A stretch of 64,000 nucleotides of DNA from Octopus vulgaris (Eukaryota): positions 39,866,001 to 39,930,000 of the forward strand of contig OX597831.1 in NCBI GenBank assembly GCA_951406725.2, written 5' to 3'. The notes under the pieces were generated by a model. The model did no database searches. It was not told the origin of the DNA and saw nothing but the letters and a program-made list of their open reading frames with translations. The translations under genes were made by a program, and so were the position numbers. The number at the start of each line of letters is the position of its first letter. The first letter of the stretch is position 1. Positions 55,287 through 64,000 of this stretch are shown here, one piece after another.

Positions 55287-55685
55287 GGTGCATGTGTGGT
55301 TGTGTGGTAAGAAGCTTGTTTTCCAACCGCATGGTTCCAGGTTCAGTCCCACTTTGCGGCAGCTTGGGCAGGTGTCTTCTACTATAGCCTCGAGCCAATG
55401 AAAGACTTCTTAGTGGAGTTGGCAGGAAGAAACTGAAGGAATCCTGTCGTATATATATACATATGTGTGTGTCTTTGTCTGTGCTTGTCCCCCCGATTGA
55501 CAACCGGTGTTGGTGTGTTTACAGCCCTGTAACTTAGCAGTTCTGCAAAAGACACTGATATAATAAGTATTAGGCTTGGAAATGTAAGTCCTAGGGTTGA
55601 TTTGTTCAACCAAGACTTCTCCAGGCGGCGCTCCGGCATGGCCGCGGTCATATGACTGAAACAAGTGAAAGAATGAAAGAAAGAA
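55287..55685 (+). mobile_element. SINE family A
   Basis: Full-length homology, more diverged. Confidence 0.85.
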
Positions 55686-55711
55686 TACCCTTACACATCT
55701 GTGCGTGTGTG

Positions 55712-55745
<34 letters not shown>

Positions 55746-57584
55746 TACATATACATTCATAAAGACATATCTACACACATACTTACACGCACACCTACAT
55801 ATACGTGATATATATATGTATATATATATGGTGTATGTGTATACACACACACACACACACACACACACTTGTATTGGTGTGTGTATATAACCCATCTGTC
55901 TGGAACACAAACGAACCAGATGAAACACCACAATCTCCAACAAAGCACCAATGCTGTTACAGAAGCAATAAAAGAATTCTAAAGAGAGCAATTTGCACAG
56001 AATATACTACGCATGTCGTCATCGTTGCCGTCGTCCTCATGGCCATCGTCATCACCATCTCCATGAACAACAAGCTAGAATTAGTTACTTTTAAATCCTG
56101 AATCGCTACAGAATAATAGCGACTCGAGCACCATCAAAAGTGGCACCGACTCGTGTCTCTTTCTATCTACGGCCTACCTTAAATCTCTCGCAGTCAAAAC
56201 ACGCGTAAACAATACGGTGACCGACATGAATATCACATTTAAATTTACATGAACGTCAGTCTGGCCAGGCTGCTGAGGGAGAGAATCTGTGTGGTACTTA
56301 GTCTTGCTAGAAGTAGCAGTCAAATCTCTCTCTCTCTCTCTCTCTAATCACACTCTGCTGTTGTGAAAGGAGGACTCATTCGTTAATGTACTTGTTAGTA
56401 CACTATATATGAATAATAAACTGACTAATGTAGTCCTAGATACATTATGGATGATGTACTCCTAGATGCACTTAGTCTGAAGGATATCAGCTAATTTATT
56501 CCTAGATACATCGAGGTAGAAATATATTTTAGATAATGTAACTTCATTATGTGTAAAGGACACATTGGATAATGTAGTCCTAGGTACATGAAGGCAGAAG
56601 TATACATTAGATAATGTAACCAGTGCTGGTGTGTTTATGTCCCCATAACTTACTGGTTCAGCAAAAGAGACTGACAGAATAACTACCGGGCTTGGAAAAA
56701 TATATATATAAAAAAGGACTGGGGTTAATTCATTCAACTTCAAATTCCTGAAGGCGGTGCCCCAGCATGACTGCAGCCTGGTAACTGAAACAAGTAATAA
56801 AAAAAAAGTTTAGAAAAAAATAATAAAAGAACTACCCAGTCCAGAAATCGAAACCACAATCTTGCAATCATTAGTCCAACAGCCTAACAACTAAGCCATG
56901 TGCTTCCTTATGTCTGATGAACACATCATATAACATAGTTGTTGATGCAGTATAATTGAAGGACACATGAAATAATAAAGTCCTAGATCCAATCCTTTTT
57001 AGTAATCAATAGATGATGGCAGTCTTCACCATTCTTCTTTTTCTTCTCTTTTTTCTGACTTCACACTGCGTACTGCAAACAGACAAACATTTAGCATTTG
57101 GCAAGGCATCTGGCTATAAAACCACTGCCTTGGAATATCCCAGTTAAACAATTCTAGCTTGGAAAGGCAGACATAAAGCCTTATGGTAATTACGGTAATT
57201 TTGCATTCCAATCTTTAACCAGCTGGAAGCAATTGCCAACAGAATGTGTAAATATTTGGTCTGTTCACAGTGACAGAATGGAGAGAGAGAGAGAGAGAGA
57301 GAATTTCTTTATTCGCCATAAGGTTGAGAAAAAGAGGGGACAATACGGGGACAGACAAAACAAACGTTGGGGTCAGGGTATCGAATGAGCCGTATGAATA
57401 AACAAACAATTAAAATAGAGAGAGAAAGAGGGAAGGAAGGAGGGAGCAGACGTAATTCTACAAATGCTCGTATTTTGATTTTTTTTTAGTCATTGCACTG
57501 CAGCCATGCTGGAGCACCACTTTGATGGGGATTAAGCTATTGGTTTTCGACCAGGCTCCATAGGACCATTGGGAGTCCATGTGG

Positions 57585-57752
57585 AACTGTGTGGCTTAGT
57601 GGTTAGGAGTGTTGTGTTCTTGAGTAAAACACTTCACTTCACAATGCTCCAGTCCACTCAGCTGGCAGAAATGAGTAACTCTGCGATAGACCGGCATCCC
57701 ATCCAGGTGGGGAATATGTACACCATAGAAAGTGGGAAACTGGCCCTTATGT
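57585..57752 (+). mobile_element. SINE combining CORE-like and V-like motifs, head partly deleted
   Basis: Shares its middle with the 46000 copy and its 3' part with the 34484 copy. Confidence 0.7.
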
Positions 57753-57944
57753 GTCAGTTTTTATTTTCTATTGGGAGTCTTTATGAGGCGTTTAGTACTG
57801 GTGTCATAAGTGCCACCCCAGCCATCTTGCTCAAGAATACAACAAACAGCCCAGTCTGAGAATTGAACTCGTTATCTCATGATTGTAAGCCCAATGCTCT
57901 AACCACTGAGCCATGCGCCCTAATAATAATAATAATGATAATAT

Positions 57945-58302
57945 CACTCAGAGAGCGCAAACCTCTGTCAAGGCAACAGCAATGTCTTCTCAACGATTAG
58001 CCAGAGATGATTTTTAAAATGAGAATATCTGAAATAAACTCGACTGCTCTTACAAACGAGAATGCTAAAAATGAACCCGTCTGCTCTTTAGAAATTAAGT
58101 AAAAAGAAAAAAAAAAACAGGAAAGATTATCCAGAATTCTTGTCCGATACTTGATCAATCCCAAAATCTAATCAGTTCGTGCCAGTTACGAGTCCAAACA
58201 TCCCTGAAAGTTTCATCTGAATCCATCCAGTGGTTATTGAGATATCTTGTCCATGGACAAACAAACAAACAATGCCTCTGCCTTCGCTAAGGTGGAGGTA
58301 AT
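57945..58302 (+). mobile_element. Helentron-associated (HINE/DINE-1-like) non-autonomous element
   Basis: 5' subterminal aaacctctgtcaagg, core ccaaaatctaatcagttc...aaagtttcatctgaatccatcc, (caaa)n microsatellite and 3' hairpin cctctgcctt-cgct-aaggtggagg. Confidence 0.65.
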
Positions 58303-58750
58303 ACTGCTCAGCAACATTTTGTGTCTCTCTTGACATTCTGAGTTCAAATTCAGCTGAGGTCGACCTTTTTTTTTTTTTTTTTTTTTCTCATCCTTTCGGG
58401 ATTGATAGAGTAAATACTAGGCCAGGACTGCGGGCTGATGTAATCTACTTACCCTTCCCTGCCCAAACTGCTGGCCCGGTGTCAAAATTTGAAACCATTG
58501 TTGTTATTGTTGTTGAGGAGGAATTGGAGAGCTGGCAGAATTGTAACCGCCCCCCCCCACACACACACAGCAAAATCCTGCTAAGCTTCTTTACATTCTC
58601 AGTTCAAATTTCCCTGAGGTTGATATGCTGTCTTGAATCCTTTTGTAAGGAGTCAGTAAAATAAAAACCAGTTGAGTGCTTTGGGGTCAATGTAATCAAC
58701 TGGTCCCCTTTTTTTCCATATTGCAAGCCTTGTGCTTACAATAGAGAAGA
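58303..58750 (+). mobile_element. Two diverged SINE family B copies
   Basis: gttcaaatt...ctgaggt(c/t)ga motif occurs twice. Confidence 0.65.
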
Positions 58751-58772
58751 CTGTTCTTTTATTTTTTTTTTT

Positions 58773-59140
58773 TTACTTGTTTCAGCCATTTGACTGCAGC
58801 CATGCTGGAGCACTACCTTTAATCAAACAAAATCACCCCCAGGACTTATTCTTTGTAAGCCTAGTACTCATTCTATAGGTCTCTTTTGCTGAACTGCTAA
58901 GTTACAGGGATGTAAACACACCAACATCGGTTGTCAAGTAATGATGGAGGGGGAATGGATGCACACACACACACACATGATGGGCTTCTTTCAGTTTCCG
59001 TCTACCAAATCCACTCACAAGTCTTTGGTTGGTCTGAGGCTATAGCAGAAGACATTTGCCCAAGGTGCCATGCAGTACATAGGACTGAACCCAGAACCAC
59101 GTTGTTGGTAAGCAAGCTGCTTACCACAGAGCCACTCCCG
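58773..59140 (-). mobile_element. SINE family A
   Basis: Full-length homology. Confidence 0.85.
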
Positions 59141-60103
59141 GGCCTGTTGTTGTCATATTTGTTTTGTTGTTTCTGTTTAATTAGAAGAAGAAATTGTTAA
59201 AAGTACATTGAAACTCCAGTGGAATGAACCATAATGAAGCAATTTTATGATAAAATAGTTATCATTTTTCATGAAATATGTTAATGGTGGTGGTGGTGGT
59301 GGTGGTGGGTAGAGATTCAAGGTAAGAACCTCTTTCTTTGTGTATTTCTGTGCGTGTGAATATGCTTCTGTAGTTTTTGAGAAGACCATTAGAATAAAAA
59401 TAGATTTATAAAGTATCAGGTTTTATGTAAACCAGTGTGTAGGAGTGTGTGTGTGTGTGTGTATATATATAAATATATATATATATATATCTTTTTACAC
59501 ACAACCATATGTACTCATGTACACACGTATATGTGTATATATATGTATATATATATATGTATATATATATATTTATATATACACGCACCATATATATATA
59601 TATACATACATTCACATATGTGTCAATGTTTTCTTGGTATTCATTTATGAAGCACAATAGTGATAAAGTTTGTGTCTAAGGTTTACTTGAGGCAAATCTT
59701 CAGGGACAAGAGAACTTGCTGCTGCTTGCTTATAATTGAAAATTTTCTTCTGGAACAATAGTTACAATAATGTACTGTTACACTAATAAGATTGTTATTA
59801 ATAAATATATATATACAATTACTACCATCTACTACTACTACTAATAATAATACTAATAATAATAATGATGATAATAATAATAATAATAATAATGATGATG
59901 ATGATTCATTGTTTTATTGGCCAAAAGGGCTAACGATAGCAATATGACAAAACCAGACAATACAAAGGGTTTTTTTAGAATGGGTAAAATGAAATAACAA
60001 AGATTTTTTTTTTTTTTTCATAGGTGTAAATTCAGAATTGATCCTTTCACACTGACCATTTTCCCAACATTCACCCTAATAATAATAATAATAATAATAA
60101 TAA

Positions 60104-60652
60104 GTACCCTGATGCAGTACCAGACAGTGGCTCTCATGGCTACTGATCTTAACTGATTGGAAGTGTTATCATGTACATTGTTTTCTCTTGGTATAAAAGA
60201 TGGGCTACAGCAAATATTCTGCTCAATACCACAGATTTGCTTGTCAGTTGTTTGACCTTAAGCAGTTGAGCATGTCCCTTAGTGGCTGACTATATGTGCA
60301 CCTCTGATCACGAGCAAAAATAGTGAGGGAGCATCATAGCCATGTGTTGAAAGGAAGTCTTTGGGATTTTGATAATTCACCTTCGGAAATATGGCTGGTT
60401 TGTTCAACATCCTTAAACAATCCTTATTCAGGGATCTTTTGAGCAGGATGGGCGACTCCACCAGAAGAAAATTCTAACTGGGCCCCACCCACAAGGTCAT
60501 GCACTGTTTATCTTGATATGAGATCACCATGTTGCACACATATGTTTGTAATGCATGTGTACCCTTATCAGATGGGTAATTATGATGGGTATACTGGGCT
60601 TTGTATATTTTACCCCAGTGTCACTTTGATGGCATGCACTGCTCTCTCAATC
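60104..60652. mobile_element. Probable (TAA)n-targeting inserted element, unclassified
   Basis: About 550 bp of complex sequence flanked directly by (TAA)n on both sides. Single copy in this window. Confidence 0.5.
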
Positions 60653-61047
60653 AATAATAATAATAATGGTTTCACATTTTGGCACAAGCACCAACAAGTT
60701 TGGGAAAAGGGACTAAATCGATTACATGGACACCCGTGCACAACTGATAGTCATTCTATCAGCCCCGAAAGGATGAATGGCAACATCGACCTCAGTGGAA
60801 TTTGAACTCAGAACTTAAAGATGGATGAAGTTTTGCACAGCATACTAATGATTTCTTTATTGACCACAAAGGGTTTACATTAAGTAAAACATTATGGACA
60901 GTACAAGACAAAACAAAGAATGTGTGTTTGTGTATGTATGTGTGTGAGTGTATATTGTGAGGGTTTTTGCATGTAAGCAAGATTTTGTAAAGAAAAAAAT
61001 TTCAACAATGTGTGATCCTAATAATAATGATAATAATAATGGTAATA

Positions 61048-61081
<34 letters not shown>

Positions 61082-63377
61082 CAACAACAACCATTTCTGC
61101 TAAAGACACAAAGCCTGAAATTTGTTGGGAGGAGAATAGTTGATTACATCAACCCCAGTCTTTCACTGTTACCTAATTTATTGATCTCAGTGGGATGAAA
61201 AGTGAAGTTGTTCTCGGTGTAATTTGAACCCAGAATGTCACTATACAGCCACACCTGCACTTGTTTCGGTTAATTTTAGAAATACTGAAGAATTTAGTGT
61301 GAAATTTATTTGCTGTTATTAAGATGGTGTTTGGAACAAAGATTAACCTGAAATTTTGGTGGAAGGTTTCTATTCCAGCTGCTTTAAAACAGGAAGTGTG
61401 TATAGAACCAGGAAATGGTCTCAGGTGAAATGGAATCAAAGGAGTTAGTTAATACAGTGTCTGGGGGACTGTCTGGCTTAGTCACACTTATCCACACATG
61501 GACACAACATACGCATAACTCCCTCTCACTTGCAAACATAGGACCATCCACACACACACACACAGCCATCCTCACACACCCACGTACAACTATACAAGTA
61601 CATACATCGGTTTGTTTAACACAGTGGAATTTCCATTGCCAATTTGGGAATTTAGCAGTCAGCTGTTGTGTGTTCCTTTCTCTAAGTTGAAAAGGATTCT
61701 GAGATTTGTTTGATACACAAGCTGTTCTTGGCTAACCATTTAAATAGGCCCAAGGGAGTACCTCCAGGCCTCTAGAGTAGCATTCATTTCAGCAAGATAA
61801 TTATCGTTTTTACTTCAGTACAGTATGATCTGGAAACGAATCCCTCCCCGCTGTCCCAAATGCCCATTTGGTACTTAAAAAATCAGAAACCTACTTTATT
61901 CTCTTATTTACTCTGATCATCACGGTACCCCACACTGGGTTTATTTCCTGGATCAGGAGACATGGAACTTCAATTCACATTACTCTAGTTTACTCAGCTG
62001 TAATTAGCAGTATCTGAGTGCTGGCGTAGCACTCTCTCTCTCGCCTTCTGGGTGTCACATCCTCAGTGTTCTGCATGTTCCAGGGTAGTGATATGGGATG
62101 GGGCTAGCACATGTTTGCCTCAGCTCTCTGTAGGCTATGCAAACACTTAACCATTTAGCTACCAGATTACTCTCTCAATTGTAAAGCTTACTTCTTCCCA
62201 TCATTTTGAATTGATCGCACATAGTCTCGTGGTTTTGGAATATCCATGATGTGGTTTATTTTTAGAATAACATTGTAGGCCAAGTCTAAAAGGCTGGATC
62301 TGGTTAGTTTCAGCATAAAACATTTAAGTTATTTTGATTCAGTGTTTACAAACTAAAAGATTGAAACAGTTAGCAAAAGCATGGTACATACATTTTACCA
62401 TTTCATGCTTGCTTAATAGAGACACATGATTATATTATATGATAAGTAAATTGCAGTATAGTTTGTAATGCCACATGGGTCCACGGAAAGAAGTGCTGCA
62501 TGAGTTATTTGCATAATTTGTACTCTCTCCCCTGGGTTGAATTTGGGGAAACATTGAGGACAGTGAAGGGAATGTTGAAAGATACTACATCTTGACTCAT
62601 CAGTTGTTGTGATACACTAGTTTGATCCGTCCTCCATGTAAGTAACCCTGTCAAAGGTCGGTGGGGGTTGGGGTCGCTGGTAGGTTTGTCAGCAAACAAA
62701 GCAGCTACACAGTTAATGCAGTGTGTTATGTAATTGGTTGTAATTATAATGGTTTCTAATTTAGGCATGAAACTAATTTTCTCAAGGGGAGTGGGGTTAG
62801 TCGATTGCATTGAGCTTCTGTATTTGACAGTTCATCATAATCATCATCATTGTTTAACATCTGTTTTCCATGCTGGCATGGGTTGGACTGTTTGACAGGA
62901 GCTGGTGAGCCAGAACACTGTGCCAGATGCTACTGTCTGCCTGGGCATGGTTTCAGCAGCTGGACGCCCTTCCCAATGCAGCAACTCTCTACAGTGTGTA
63001 TTGGGTCAACCCCAGAGCTCCTTAACCACAGAGGCTTGCCTGTGCTTACATTTTATATAAATTAAAGCTGATCCCAGTTTAACAAAGAAAAAAAAGAAAG
63101 GGAAAAAAGAAAACCCAGATAATGCTATAAATTGAATAGATTTCCTCTGAAATAGAGAAATTATTAGTGTGTTTTATCTCTCTACTTTTCTCAGCTTTAG
63201 AATAGATTTACTTCATTTCAATAACAAGCTAATTTATAAATTGGATGACTTATGCCACCTACACATAGCTTCAACTGCAAATGATAAAAGGCAACAGGTT
63301 TATATACATAGATACATGTAATGTATATATTATGTTGTATATATGCATATATTTGTATTCATGTACTTTCTGAGTAT

Positions 63378-63436
63378 ATTCCACTGATGAAGGCAAAGCA
63401 TTTCTTACGCAGAGCCAGAAATCTGGGATATGGAAT
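63378..63436 (+). ncRNA. Candidate hammerhead motif with non-canonical stem II closure
   Basis: attcca CTGATGA a-ggc...gcc-a GAAA t ctggg a TA tggaat. Stem I is 6 bp, the triplet is AUA, and there is an A.A mismatch at the base of stem II. Confidence 0.4.
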
Positions 63437-63686
63437 TATTCACTAATTTTTTTGCTATTTTATTTTGTCTCTTTTCTTCTCTCCTGGTGCTGTATGAACA
63501 TTTAATGTGGTTTTAGAGTCACATTTTGGCTGCTATTTCCAGCGTGGTGGTATCTCTTAGATAACTTAAATTATAATTTTAAATAATTATTACCTTTGAA
63601 GGTTTTTATTCCCATGCTAGCCACTTGATAAGATCGGTATTTAAATAACGATCTTATCCTTATTTATATAAATTTACATATATATA

Positions 63687-64000
63687 GGCGCATGAGTGGC
63701 TGTGTGGTATTTTGCTTGCTTACGAATCACATGGTTCTGGGTTCAGTCCCACTGCGTGGCACCTTGGGCAAGTGTCTTCTACTATAGCCTCGGGCCGACC
63801 AAAGCTTTGTGAGTGGATTTAGTCGACAGAAACTGAAAGAAATCTGTTGTATATATGTATATATATTTATATATATATATATGTATGTGTGTGTATATGT
63901 TGTGTGTCTGTGTCTGTCCCACCAACATCGCTTGACAACTAATGCTCGTGTCTTTACGTCCCCGTCACTTAGCACTTTGGTAAAAAGGACCAACAGAATA
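63687..64000 (+). mobile_element. SINE family A, cut by the window edge
   Basis: ggcgcatgagtggctgtgtgg head onward. Confidence 0.85.

Noticed and set aside
56136-56155. aaaagtggcaccgactcgtg resembling the SpCas9 tracrRNA 3' hairpin
   Set aside because: Only a 14-nt exact match and the rest of the scaffold is absent, so most likely chance.

Overview
AT-rich eukaryotic non-coding DNA, densely packed with microsatellites and repeats. The repeat families resemble those I recognise from octopod cephalopod genomes, which is recognition and not a database result. No host protein-coding exon can be supported, and almost all ORFs in the track are translations of (TA)n, (TG)n, (CT)n or trinucleotide tracts or of SINEs. 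Real coding signal is limited to decayed LINE fragments (RTE-clade and CR1/L2-like). The window holds several tRNA-derived SINE families, piggyBac, hAT and Tigger-type MITEs, two non-autonomous Helitrons, a Helentron-like element, minisatellites and a ~1.3 kb (TA)n tract. The two most notable signals are (1) short elements with Penelope-type hammerhead ribozyme cores, one apparently intact at 35057-35154 at the right end of an element with ~100-bp inverted termini and with several degenerate relatives, and (2) plus-strand polypyrimidine-CAG|GT junctions at 5998/5999 and 9228/9229 that look like recursive splice sites, suggesting the window lies inside a very long intron.
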